From: Felis catus
Taxonomy: Eukaryota
Direction of reading: 5' to 3'
NCBI RefSeq assembly: GCF_018350175.1
Contig: NC_058368.1
Coordinates: 65,350,001 to 65,414,000 of the forward strand
Length of the DNA: 64,000 bases
The position numbers were made by a program, and so were the translations under genes. The first letter of the stretch is position 1. Each line of letters starts with the position of its first letter. The notes beneath the pieces are model-generated. The model was not told where the DNA came from. It saw nothing but the letters and a program-made list of their open reading frames with translations, and searched no databases. Of this stretch, positions 51,724-64,000 are shown one piece after another.

Positions 51724-52195
51724 TAAAAATACTTTCGTATTACATTGTTCTGAGGTCCCAATTAGCCTAAGCTTAATTATATATCCATCACTTCTGTCTT
51801 TTGGAAGGAATTCTTATCTTTTTGTGTAAATGAAAATTATCCATTCTCACTGGCATCTCCCAAATTGAAAATTTCCTCTTTCTATTATATTTTTTAATGT
51901 GAATTAAAAAAAGATGGTGCCCTTTAGATCTCTTTCTTAAGAAGCTTGGTAGAGGATAATTCATCATCAAATTGGAAGAGGTTTGCTGTGGATATAATTT
52001 ACATGAGAAATACCAATTGATTTTTATAACCTTTTGGAGCAAATGTATTTGTTTTTCTCTTCTAATAGAAGCATATACATATCTGGAGAATTTATTTTGA
52101 ATAACGAACACTTTTGTATTATGGAAGACATTTTAAACCATCATTCTCCCCCTAAAAGTAGTGTTCTTTCCTCATTTTTCTTTTTTATTATTTAA

Positions 52196-52408
52196 TTTTG
52201 TTTTTAATGTTTACTTATGTTTGAGAGAGGGAGAGTTAGAGTGCGAGCGGGGGAGGGGCAGACAGCAGGGGAGACACAGGATCCAAAGGAGGCGCCAGGC
52301 TCCCAGCTGTCAGCACACAGCCCGATGTGGGGCTCGAACCCGTGAACCACAAGATCATGACCCGAGCGGAAGTCGGACGCTTAACGGACTGAGCCACGCA
52401 GGCGCCCC
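52196..52408 (-). mobile_element. Can-SINE
   Basis: Antisense SINEC ending 'ggcgcccc'. Confidence 0.94.
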
Positions 52409-52604
52409 TCTCTTTCATTATTTAAATTTCGTGAGGCAATGGAGTTGTAGCTCATATTATTTATTCTGCGCCTCACTCTGCTGCTCCCAAATATGCTCCT
52501 GCCTAACTCGCTATTTTATAGTAATGTCTTCGTCTACCACAAGCTTGCATACTTTGATAATCACTTCTCTAAAACTGTTTATTATGAAATTTATGATATA
52601 GGTC

Positions 52605-52816
52605 GGGGTACCTGGGTGGCTCAGTCGGGTAAGCGTCCAACTTCAGCCCGTGTCATGATCGCGCGGTTCAGGAGTTCGAGCCCCACCTTGGGCGCTGTGC
52701 TGACAGCTCAGAGCTGGAGCCTGTTTTGGATCCTGTGTCTCCCTCTCTCTCTGCCCCTCCCCTGCTCAAGCGCTGTCTCTCTCTGTCTCAAACATAAATT
52801 AACGTTAAAAAGATTA
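52605..52816 (+). mobile_element. Can-SINE
   Basis: SINEC head and B box; TSD aaatttatgatatag at 52587-52601 and 52817-52831. Confidence 0.95.
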
Positions 52817-52831
52817 AAATTTATGATATAG

Positions 52832-54520
52832 ATAAATTATTTAGTGTGCATGCATAGTTTACCCAGTAATAGGAAGGCAAACACTATAGGTTCCACCCCC
52901 TGCTGGTTAAGACAAAATCGTCAGAGCTGTGTAAGCATCCAGTGCCCCCTTGCTCATTAGCTTTTCTTTCCCTGCTCTGTGGAGGTTGACTTAACACTGA
53001 ATTAACTCCTATGCTTTATAGCTTAACTACCCATGTATGTATCTGGAAACAATATTGTGTTTTGCTTGTTTTTGAACTTTAGAGTATAACGATATTTAAT
53101 GACTTTAAGATTTTTACTCCGTGTCATGGCTGCAAGATTCGTCGATACTGATGCTCCTAGTTAGTTTGCTCATTTTATCAGCTCTAGAGTGTTTCATTGA
53201 GTGGATACACCAGCACTTATTTACCTGCTGTACCTTTGATTGGCCTACGGGTTACGAATCTCACATATTTGATGTTATAAACACTGCCTCTACGGACATT
53301 CTTTTACATGTCTCCTGGTTGACAAATGCAGGAGTGATTTTTGGGTTTTCATGTGGATGACTATTGCTGGATCACAGGATATTCACACGCTCAACTCTAG
53401 TGGAAAATGCCATTATTTTCAAGTGGTTGTACCAATTTGCACACCATCTAGTTGTCAATGCCATGGTTTTAAATTTTTGCCAAAATATTGGATGTGAATG
53501 AAGTGTATGGGGGTTTTTGGATTTACTCTTTTACAAATTTCTTATTCATGTATTTGAACATGTTTCTCCCTGGTTATCACCTTGTTTTACTGATTTGTAG
53601 TGGTTTTCATATACTCTGGTTAAGAATCCTTTGTTGGTGTTTTAGTCTGTAAAATCTCAGTTTGTGGCTTGTCCTTTACTTAATTTTTTTATTCTTGACA
53701 AAGTAGATACCCTTCATTTACTGTTATCATATTCATCAGACTGTTCCTTTTACAGTAAATTTTTGGTGTATTCATTAAGACAATTTTCTGTATCATTATA
53801 AAGATATTCCATTGTAATTGTTATGTTACTTGTAAAGTTGAATCCATTTGATTTGCTTCTATATATATAACCAATATTTCTCTCCATTTATTGTCTAATC
53901 CCTCTATCCCTCACTCATCTGCAATGCCTGCTCTGTCATAAATAAAATTTTCTTATCGTGCCTGTTGATTTCTGGACCTTATTCTATCCTGTTAGTCTGT
54001 TTATCTGAGTGTGTAGCAAAAACACATTAATTACTACAGTTATGTGTAAAAATCTGTTAACCTTGTTTTTCTGGAGTGTTCTAGGTTTTCATGTCCCTTT
54101 ACTCTTGCATATACATTTTATTTATTTTTTTATTTTTTATTAAAAAAATTTTTTTTAACGTTTATTTATTTTTGAGACAGAGACAGAGCATGAACGGGGG
54201 AGGGTCAGAGAGAGGGAGACACAGAATCCGAAACAGGCTCCAGGCTCCGAGCTGTCAGCACCGAGCCCACTGACCGCGAGAACTCACGGACCGCGAGATC
54301 GTGACCTGAGCCGAAGTTGGCCGCTCAACCGACTGAGCCACCCAGGCGCCCCTTGCATATACATTTTAGAATCCGCTGATCAAAATCCAGGGAAACCCCT
54401 ACTGAGATTTAGGTTGGAATTATATTGACATCTTTCTGATATATTGAATATGTATAATTCACCATTGATTTTTTTAAATGCCTTTCAATACATTTTTATT
54501 AATTTCTTCATAAAAGGCTT
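52832..54520 (-). mobile_element. Ancient L1 (L1ME-like) fragment interrupted by a SINE
   Basis: T-rich antisense L1 motifs: 'ttttgcttgtttttgaacttta', 'acattcttttacatgtctcctgg', 'attgctggatcacagg', 'aagtggttgtaccaatttgcac'. Confidence 0.75.
54121..54352 (-). mobile_element. Felid Can-SINE, young, B box altered
   Basis: Antisense CpG-rich SINEC; perfect TSD ttgcatatacatttta at 54105-54120 and 54353-54368. Confidence 0.97.
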
Positions 54521-54525
54521 TCACA

Positions 54526-54742
54526 GGAGTGCCAGGGGGTGGCTCAGTTGGTTTATTAGCCTCTGACTTCAGCTCAGGTCATGGTCTCATGTTTCATGGG
54601 TTTAAGGCTCTGTGCTGACAGCTAGGAGCCTGGAGCCTGCTTTGGATTCTATGCCTCCCCTGCTCATGCTGTATCTCTGTCTCAACAATTAATAAACATT
54701 AAAAAATGCAAAATAAATAAGTAAACAAACAAATAAATAAAT
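54526..54742 (+). mobile_element. Can-SINE, diverged
   Basis: 'ggctcagttgg..tgacttcagctcaggtcatg..ggctctgtgctgacagct'; (AAAT)n tail; TSD ataaaaggctt. Confidence 0.88.
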
Positions 54743-56107
54743 ATAAAAGGCTTGCCCCCAAATCCCAACTGTTTAAAATCAGTTATGCTTCTCATTGTAT
54801 TTTCAGATATTCATGTTGACAAATTGTATATTTCACCTTAATGTTACCTGACCCCCAAAAAAGTAAAGATAGTGACCAAAAGTAAATGGGCAACTGGTTA
54901 CACAGCATTCTCTCCCTCACACAGGGCAAATGTTTCTTCCAACCATCGAGCCATCTTGGAATCACTCAACTCTATTACCGACTTCATTCTAGATGCCAGT
55001 AGAAGAGAGGTGTTTCTTCAGATAGTAATAATTAGTTGCATATTCAATTATCCTTTCTAAAATGTATGTCATATGCAGTGCAAATACCCCATCATACTTA
55101 TACAATAAATAGCTACCACTGTATTTCATACTTAGCTGATGCTAACTCTCGACGGTTCTCTGGCTTATTAGCATAATACTGTCCCTCACATTGTGGAGCT
55201 GCCTTCAACTTTACCATGTTCTCTCACCTTCAGCATTGCTTTTGGATTTTCCAACAATATTATCAAGGCAGAGCGTGCGTTCTTTTTTTCATTTTGAACA
55301 GGAGCTAAAGGAAATTTGGAAAGATTAATTTCCCCAAGATTGCATAGTTGGTCTCTGGTGGAGATGAGCCTCAGTTTCAGGTTCTGACATCAGAGCCAGT
55401 GTTCCTGCTTCTGGACGCAGGGGAGGTGGTATTAGAGACTGTGGGACCAGAGACCGAGTAGGCCCTCCAGCCTTGTCTGTAATTGTTATTCAGTTTTTCT
55501 AATGTGAGAAAGCCTTAGCTGGTGCTTGCCAGCTGTAGTCCTTGGGAGGCTTCCTGCCTCTGTTTAGCATTGTACCCAGCCCAATTTTTACCTGCTTGCC
55601 TTCCCAGTCCCTACTGGCATTTGAGTTTGTGACCTCTGCCCTAGAATCAGCACGGCATTCCCTATCGTGTGTTTGAATTTTTGTCTTCCTTGTACTTGTT
55701 ACTACCTTGTACTTGTTCTGATTACTTATCACCAGACAGATCTTATAGACTGCTTTGCAATTCTGTTATGAAAAGATAGGTAAGTTATTATTCTCATAAA
55801 AGTAGGCACGGAACACATCATAATACAGTGCACTCGATGTGTGCTAACTAAATATTAATTGATGATGGGAAAGACTTAAATCTTCCTCTAAATAATAAGA
55901 TATTGTAGTTATCTATCAAAATCTAATTTTGCTGAAGTCACTTCATCTCATTGTGAGAGAATGTGGCTCAGGTCGACAGATAAATTGTTACCAATTCATA
56001 AATTCTCAGTTGCTCTGTGCCCGTTACTGTGTGGAACTTTATCAGGAAAGGCTTGGGGTATGGTCCTGCTATTGGCAGAAACGTTACATAAAACCTGTGC
56101 ATTGGCT

Positions 56108-56326
56108 GAGGTGCCTGGGTGGTTCAGTTGGTTCAGCATCCGGTTCTTGATTTCAGCTCAGGTCACAATCTGATGGTTCCTGGGATCCAGCCCTGCGTTG
56201 GGCTCTTCGCTGACAGCAGGGAGCCTCCTTGGGATTCTCTCTCTCCCTCTCTCTCTGCCCCCTCCCCTGCTCACATTCTCTCTCTGTCTCTCTCTTGAAA
56301 ATAAATGAATGGCCTTAACAAAACCC
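56108..56326 (+). mobile_element. Can-SINE
   Basis: SINEC body and CT linker; degenerate TSD aaa(a/g)cctgtg(c/t)at(t/c)gg. Confidence 0.92.
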
Positions 56327-57479
56327 AAAGCCTGTGTATCGGAAAGATCTTCGCACGAGCTGTGTTTGACGTGCCATATTTTTATACCGATGCCACTTTT
56401 CCTCCACGTGCAGTTGGTTCTCTTTGTCTTCCCCTTGTAGGACTCTTCCTGTGGTCTTTGCCAGAGCAGTATTTGTTCCTCCAGATTTGGATGTCTTCCA
56501 GTAGTTCAGAGCTTTACTTAGCACCAAAAACTAATTGAGCTGCAATTAAGAGCAGTAATTATTGATGAAAATGATGCCCCGTTAACTCCAGAAAGGTAGG
56601 CCGCTTTAATCCATAGCTGCCTTCATGGTTGGCTTTTGAGTTCTAAATAATGGAAGTCAATGTAATCCTTTCTCTATTTGGAGGAGGCTCTGTTTTATTT
56701 GGAATTTATAAAGGAAGCTCTGTTAGGTAAAACTGCTTGCACACGTGCCTTTTTTTTTTTAATCTAAGTCCACGTATTAATCAAACCAGCGGTGCGGGTT
56801 GCTAGGTAGACTATGACACCAGGTGGCAATAAAATGTCTTCCGCATCACAATCAATACCGATGAGTTGCAGAGGCCTCTTGTACGGGAAGGCCTTTCCCG
56901 ACAGGCACCCTCACTTGGTGGTAGGGAAAATGAGTATGGGTCTTATGAAACGATTTCAGCACCACCCTGCGCTTAATAGTGCTGTCTTTCATTGCCTGTT
57001 AACAGGTTGCTTTGGTGCCGTAAAATGTTCAAGCTGACAAATGCTGTCAAAGCTCCTCCAATGCGAATGTTTTCTGCTGTATTTCACGTGGTACCTTTTA
57101 TTTTAGTGATGCCAAAACACGCATCAGTTGTTTGTTCAACGTAGAGGGTGCTCTCCTGAGCTGTCCTGTTAGCCACAGAGTACAGTCACTGTCCCATTCC
57201 AGGGACCATTGGTGGCGAAATTCTTCAATTAAAAGCTGTGGAATTATGCTGATTCTTAACAATTCATTTTCTCCCAGAAGTAAAATACCTGCTGGTAAAT
57301 CATCAAGTTTGTTTAGTGTGATTTTCAGCGTATAATATTGGATATGAATCTATCAGAGAGGCTAAGGTTCAAGCTAAAAATGATAGTTCTGTGAAGGTTT
57401 TTAATGAGATGCCCATATGTGGCTCAGGGCTCGAGTTTATGCTGCTATTTAATACTGGTTCACCAGTACCACTAATTAA

Positions 57480-57710
57480 ACACATGCATTGTGCTTATTC
57501 TGTCTCAGGGACTGTTTTGAATGGTTAACTTATATGTATTTATTTAATCTTCACGAGAAGCCTATTTATTGGGGGCCATGTCCTCATTTAATAGAATAAG
57601 AAAAACTGAGTTATGAGGGAGTAAACAATTAATCTAAGTCCATAGACAGGATATGGTAGGACCTCTGTTGGAACCCACTTACTCTGGTTCCAAAGTTTGT
57701 GCGCTTAACT
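57480..57710 (-). mobile_element. MIR
   Basis: 'atttaatcttcac...ctcatttaataga.taagaaaaactgag..gagggagtaaacaattaatctaagtc' antisense MIR core. Confidence 0.7.
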
Positions 57711-59099
57711 TAAACTAATGCTTCGATTGACTGAAATGAAATACACTCTTGGCATTGAAAGGGAGCACACATACTGAAAGTCGACTGGTGTGATGGAGTT
57801 TTTTTGTTTTTTTGTTTTTTTGTTTTTTTTTTTTTACAGTTAACAAAGAGAACAGATTTCTTCTATTACGTAGTGTGGGATTGTAGAGTTTAGATTACCC
57901 TCCTGGTCATGATTTCTAAGGCTGAAAATGGAGAACAGTTGGAGCAGGACCAGTGGACACGTCTGGGTTCCATTTGCCTTGTCTTTATCATGGATCTTTG
58001 GTCTTCCAAAGCACTACTTTAGTCTGGAACCTCAGACGATGCTACATTCACAATAGGATTGAATTTCAGTTGCTGCCCTTAATAACTGCAGGGCATCCCT
58101 TTGCAAAGGACTCACCAAAGATTCTTTTTGTTTGTTTGGTTCTGCTAACTTAAACACTAATATTTTATAATATTATGAGGAAACTACTGATTTTAAGAGT
58201 TGGGATTCATGTTTTCTTTTCCTTTTTTATTCTATAAATATATATCAGCAAGTAACAAAAAGAGTGATTCCGGCTGTGAAGTTATTATCCCCAGTTGAGT
58301 TGAATATGGGCACTATAATTCACCGGTAGCTGATGACTGAATGGATCGAGAGGAAGAATGAAAAGGTAGATTTTAAAAATGAATATACAACAGTAATAAT
58401 TTTCTCAATGAGATATTTGAAACTGAGACGTATGACAGGAAGCCAGACTAGGAAATCAGGAAGTTGGGATTTTTCACTCCGTCCTGATCAGTTTCTCAAC
58501 TTCCTTTTTTGTTTAGTGCCTTTGCGAAGGCTTCTTACATGTATCTCTGACACGCTTCCAATAGACCTTTTGAATTGCACTTTGGTTTTCAGGCAGTGAT
58601 TTCTGCCCTAGCTGAATTTTAGAATATGAAGGTCATTCATCTATATCCTGGAAGGATGATTCACATATTTATGTTCTAGAAAGTAGGCTGAAAAGAAAAA
58701 TTTGCTACTTTATTAATTAGAGCCCTCTAACATTTTGTATTCTCAAGCTTAATCATTTGCTTGTTTGAACTGAAGTCATCTTCTTAATCACCATCATTAG
58801 TGGCTGTCCATGAATGATTATCTCTCTGAATTTTATAAGCATGTTAGAATTTAATGCATTTTACATTCCCCATTAGGGATTAGATATCATTCCATATTTT
58901 ACTATGCCAATATATATATATATTTTAAGGCATGAGATTAACTAGTGGAATGTTCTACCTCGGGGTAGAGGGGAACCCTCCTCCCCCCTTTGGGTAGAGG
59001 AAGCAATTGGGTGACTAGGGGATCCAGTCTTGGAACCATTTTATACTTTAAGCTTTCCAGGAGATTTCAAAAAGTTTACTTTCAAAGACGAGACCCAGT

Positions 59100-59500
59100 T
59101 CTTTAGTCTTGAACTTTCCTAGTAATGAACAGTTCATTCCCTGTCTTCTGGAAATCACCCATTACATTTCGGGACTCATTTAGAAATTCTTCCTTATGTT
59201 CAGTGGAGTGACTCATTGCATTCACTGGTTCCTAATTCTGATCTTTAAGATGACACGAACAAATCTATTCCTTTTGTAGCTGATGATCTTTGAAATACCT
59301 GGAGCCATCTTAATATTCCTATGATCGTTCTCATGCACATTGGGTCATGCCACTACTTCCCATATTCCATATTTTGAAAATCTCACATGGTCATGGTTCT
59401 CTGTCTCTTTGCTTGTGAAAATGGACACTGTATTCCAGAAAGAAACAGCAAAATCATGCATACACATAGAGCACTTTCTGGCTTACTCACTGCTTGGTAT
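59100..59500 (-). mobile_element. CR1/L3 remnant
   Basis: 'tagaaattcttccttatgtt', 'gttcctaattctg..gaacaaatctattcc', 'tggacactgtattccaga' resemble antisense L3. Confidence 0.55.
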
Positions 59501-59932
59501 GTGTTCATGTGTTTGCTTGTTTCATGCTCACAGTGAAACTGGCAGACACAGACCTCTCATTATGTTCTCATTTTTGTCTGAATAGACCAGAAGCTCTAGG
59601 CAGGCAGGATCTGGCCTTGTTTTTTATGGAATCCCAACTCCATGCACAGTGCTTTGTACACAGCAGTGACTTACTAAATACTTGCTGAATGAATGAGCTC
59701 CCCCTTCTTCACCCTGGGGTTGGCACCTGGCAGTCAATTTGGCAGTCAAATGTGGAGTGAGTTTCAGAGCTTGAGAGAGTGGTCAATTTTGCATAATGCT
59801 TTAAAAAAAAAAAACTTTTCAAGTTGTGTGTTTATATTGTTTGTGTGTTTCAGCTGCTTCTGGTTTTTCCTGGGCTTAAACTGATGGTCAGTATGTTCTG
59901 CACACTGAAAGCAATAATGTTTTAGTCCAATA

Positions 59933-60036
59933 CAGATATAGATATAGATATATATATATATATAGATATCTACATATCTGTGTGTGTGTGTGTGTGTGTG
60001 TGTATATACATATATATATATACATATATATATATG

Positions 60037-60092
<56 letters not shown>
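59933..60092. repeat. Compound (TA)n/(TG)n microsatellite
   Basis: ~160 bp of mostly alternating purine-pyrimidine repeats. Confidence 0.95.
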
Positions 60093-60095
<3 letters not shown>

Positions 60096-60279
60096 CAACC
60101 ACCTCTCCCCTGTTCTCAGTTTATGAAGTTAGGAGTTTAAAAATTGCTTTTAAAATATTAATCCAAAAGAATAAATGTAGTAAAATGTCGGTTGAAAAGT
60201 TAAAATTAGACACTTCAGTGAAAATGTTTATTGGCTAAATGTGATATGTGGTTTAGTTAATAATAATCCTTTCAAAAGC

Positions 60280-60960
60280 AGATATTTATTTAAGTGTCAT
60301 TCATGCTGAGCATTTTTCAAGGCTCTTGAGATAGAATGTCATGGACAAAGTCCATATTTTTATTACACATCTTCTATTTTACCTGACGAAGACAGACAAC
60401 TGATAATTAAACAAATAGGATGGATGAGGTCATCTTTAATCATAAGTTCAAGAAATCTCCAGAGCAATGTGCTACAGAACAACAGTGAGGAGGTTGCCCA
60501 ACGAAACAATGACTCACCGTTTCAGCTGAGGGGAGGAGTGTAAAGGTCCTGATGTGGGAGAAAGCTCGGTGCACTAAAGGAATAGCAAGCTGGGTGACCT
60601 GTAGCAGGAGAATGGTAGCCTGTGTATATTTGGGGTGAGGTTGGGCATGTACAGGCCTCATTATGAAGTCCTAATGGGCTGTGGTGAGAAGCTTGACTGA
60701 CTGTGAAGTTGATTCATCATGGTGGATGGAACCGTGGATTCTAGGAAGATAGGATAAGCTGGGAGACCCATGAGAGGGGTCGAAAGTAAGCCAGGAGAGA
60801 AGCGATGGTGGGTCGGACGAGCAGAGGCCCCTGGTCATAAAGGGAAGTGGGTGGATTTGAGACAGGTATTGGAGGCAGCATGACAGGTCATACCATAGGA
60901 GCCCATCCTACAATATGGGTGTAGGCTGTACATTATGGATGTAGGGAGGGTGTAGAAACA
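60280..60960 (-). mobile_element. L2 fragment
   Basis: 'atatttatttaagtg', 'gggaagtgggtggatttgagacaggtattggaggcag' antisense L2 motifs. Confidence 0.6.
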
Positions 60961-63399
60961 AGAGAGGAAATAAGGATGGCACTTACCATATAATGGCAGG
61001 ATGTTAAGGATGAACCATAAATCCTGCTTCTGCAATTATCAGTGTTACTATTTTATACAAGTGGACATCGGGGTTCATGAAGACATGTTTCCACTCTGAG
61101 GCACAGCCATGGTGGAAGGCATCTGGATGAATGTACCGAAATTCTCAGCGATGTCTTCTTACTTTTGCATGCTAAATCTTCATAGTCTCCTCCTGTATCC
61201 GTGTGAAGGAATAATGTAGAATATGTAGTCTGTCAGCGATACACACTGGTGTCTTTTTTTCTTTTTTCTTTCACGGGTCTCCCTACCTTTACTTAATCCA
61301 TTACGAATATAAACATACCTGATATTTGTTGCCCCTTGGTTCTGTGAAATAGTGACAGTTCTCTACTGCTGGCCAGGACTTCACCTGCACATGTCTAAAT
61401 TTGCTTGGCTTTCTGAAACAGTGCAAGGTTTTACAGAGATAAGACAGTTCATTTACATAACCTGGAATAATTTGGCTGGCAAACTCAAGGAGATGTAGTG
61501 TGTGGATCAGGTTTCACACATTCATTTAGATCCACTGATCCCCATGCGTTTCCTGTGCTCCCATCTGCGCAGCTCCTGGCCAGAGACCGTTGTGCCCGTG
61601 AGCATTGACATTTCTTATTGCAGATGCTCAGTGCTTCGTAATTGGTTTAGGGTGCCCCAGATACTCACCAGGAGCATTGTTAATTAGTACCAATGTAAGT
61701 GGCAATTATTCTAAAACTAGGATACCTGCCTGTTACTAACGTACTCAGGTGGTTGCAAGAGCCAACACACTTCTTCCCTGCATTTTCCCCTTTGGCATCA
61801 TGTCGATTTTAGAACTCAAAGATGCTTTCTCCGTTGCCCACAAACCACTGAGTTCTGCTCCAAGACCCTCCTCATGACTTCCCAGGACCTCCCATAGACT
61901 TATCATCCCTTAATCTCCCGGAAGGTCTCTCTATGCCTGTTGAACTCAACCACTTGGCATTTCCTCAACAAACCCTTTGTCTCTACACTTTGCATCTTTG
62001 CCCCTTGAATTCTTTCTGTTTGAAATCGCTTTCTCACCCCCTTAATCCCCGCCTGTCACAAATTATACTCATTTCAAATGCCTGCCTAATGCTCCGTCCT
62101 TTGATCTCCCCATAATTTGTTTGTTCCTCTCTTTTGATATTTTACCTCTTATCTCTTGTCCTAGCTATACATCTTCAGGGTTTTATTGCCCCTTCCCTGC
62201 CGACTCTTCACATTTTTATGTTAGTGCCAGCCAAGTGCCTAACTAACATGTAGCATGTTGCTGATTAGGAAGGATTTGATGACTTCAATTGAATTCCTGG
62301 TCCTAACTGTAAGCAACAGAAAAAAAAAAAAAAAAAAAAAGATAACACAAAACCCAAAATCATCTCAAGGCAAAGTTCTGAACTAACCCAGCCAAAGGCG
62401 AGCTTTTCCAGTTCCCACTCCCACCCTGGAAGGGATCAGGCTGCCATCAAGGCCACTCTAACCTTTAATCTTTGTTGTTCTTTTATGGTCAGAGTGGCCT
62501 GGCCCTCTTTGTTTTCTGAGTGGAAAAGAAATCCAAAGAGGGAATGCCCTGCTGAGTGGGCCAACCCCGGGGAGATGCCGCTTGTACGTGCAGCCGGCAA
62601 CCATTGGAGACCCCGATGGACTTCTAACGTCCCGGGCCACGTGTGCTCCTGGATGATATTGTTTCCCTTTGAATGCTCCAAAACCTGTCAGGTGTTTTCT
62701 TTCTTATCTCCCTGAGGACAGCCAGTTAATCTAAGATTAGCCTGACAGCCCCTATTTTCCAGGTCTCTGGTTTCATCAATAAAGTAGGTCGCATCTTTTT
62801 TGAGCTCCATTACCTCCTCCATAACCGTATTCTCTTGATCCATATTGTGGTTTATTCCTTATACAGCCCGCCCAATCCATTTTTGGCTGTGTTCCCACTT
62901 CCTATTCCCACTCTTGAATGGGACCATTTAATTCAGTAATTGCTGGGAGTATAAAAGCCTGACAATCTCTGAGCCTTTTGTGTGGGGTTTTCACCTCATT
63001 GCTCTTCTGGTCACCACACTGACTTTGAGCTGAATAAGCTGAGTGACCAAGAGCATCACTCAGAATTACTAATGAATTGCCACCTTTACTTCCTAAGCGT
63101 TAATGATGAATGGATTTATTTGATTTATCACATGAAGACGATTTTCTAGGAATTTGGGAAAAGTTCTAAAGACCCTTACTTGTTTGATACCGGAGGCAGT
63201 ATCCTTAAAGGGGAGTATACACACTCTTGTGGGGGATGCATTAGATATCCTATTGTATTTGTTTTGATATCATGCCTTTTTATTCCTATTTTTAAATATG
63301 CATGCTATATTGGCGTAGTAGGACATGCACATAATTTATAAAAATGCATCTGTCAATGTTACGTGCGCAAGATGATTTCACTGATAGGGATGTGTGGGA

Positions 63400-63640
63400 A
63401 GAATGTTTGGGGACTCTTGGCTTTCAGAACAACTTCATCTTCTAACTCCTTGCCTTCCCCCTTGCTAGTTGTATGACCCTGGATCAGCTTATTTAGTCTC
63501 TTTGGGTCTTTTGTCCTCGCTTGCTGATTGAAAACAGAACCATCTCTTAGGTTGTTGAAAGGATTCTGTGAGGTTAACGCAAGCGAAGAAGTTAGCAAGT
63601 ACCCGGCGCGGAGTGCTTACTGGTTACTATAGTCATTCAT
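63400..63640 (+). mobile_element. MIR
   Basis: 'cttgctagttgtatgaccctggatcagcttatttagtctctttgggtct' MIR core; 'ggttgttgaaaggatt..gtgaggttaacgca' 3' part. Confidence 0.75.
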
Positions 63641-64000
63641 AGTTTTTATTGACGTTACTGTTGTTGATTTGTGCGGCACATCTCTTATATTGCCCTACTG
63701 TTCTAGTATTTCACCACTTTCATAACAGCAGAGGAACTGCGTCTACTTTCCATGTCAAATAATAAAAAAAGCATCTTCTGAACAAGTTAAAAAATGTGAA
63801 TGAATGAATAAAAATTAGAATTTTAAAAACTACACACACGTACTTTCCTCCCTTAACATTAATAATATAAATAGGTTTTGTAATATATTTGCATAACTTT
63901 TGTAAGACATGGATGGAGCAAAGTAATTCACTAGAGCTTTAAAAACACTGAATCCACAATACATTCAGTAGGGTCATTTAGTTGGTAACATTAGCTTCTG

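Noticed and set aside
52161..52831. 146-aa and 112-aa ORFs
   Set aside because: They overlie Can-SINEs and show the usual SINE-derived peptide text
1..64000. CRISPR arrays, tRNA/rRNA genes, prokaryotic systems
   Set aside because: The sequence is mammalian; the recurring motifs are dispersed SINEs, and the tRNA-like A/B boxes belong to SINE heads

Overview
Mammalian, AT-rich, CpG-poor, repeat-rich non-coding DNA from a felid (domestic cat or a close relative). The assignment rests on about 23 tRNA-derived Can-SINEs, including young SINEC_Fc-type copies, and a felid-type L1 3' end. I could not recognise any protein-coding exon, RNA gene or CpG island; the supplied ORFs are explained by SINEs, microsatellites or chance. 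The only recognisable peptide is the L1 ORF2 C-terminus at about 26.9-27.0 kb. The rest is older eutherian repeats (L1M, HAL1, L2, CR1/L3, MIR, hAT DNA transposons, MLT2 and MER67-like LTRs), microsatellites and unique sequence. The + strand looks T/G-rich by eye, which suggests (inference only) the interior of a long intron of a + strand gene. The best-supported curiosities are retrotransposition and mutation footprints: a twin-primed 5'-inverted L1, a microsatellite born inside a SINE tail, a templated replacement destroying a SINE B box, a tail-less SINE with a perfect TSD, and close inverted SINE pairs. More speculative items are a pair of in-frame microexon candidates at 38.9-39.1 kb, several minus-strand exon-like units and some regulatory motif clusters. 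I found no convincing previously undescribed biological system. Repeat family names come from recalled consensus sequences, not a database search, and old-repeat boundaries are approximate.
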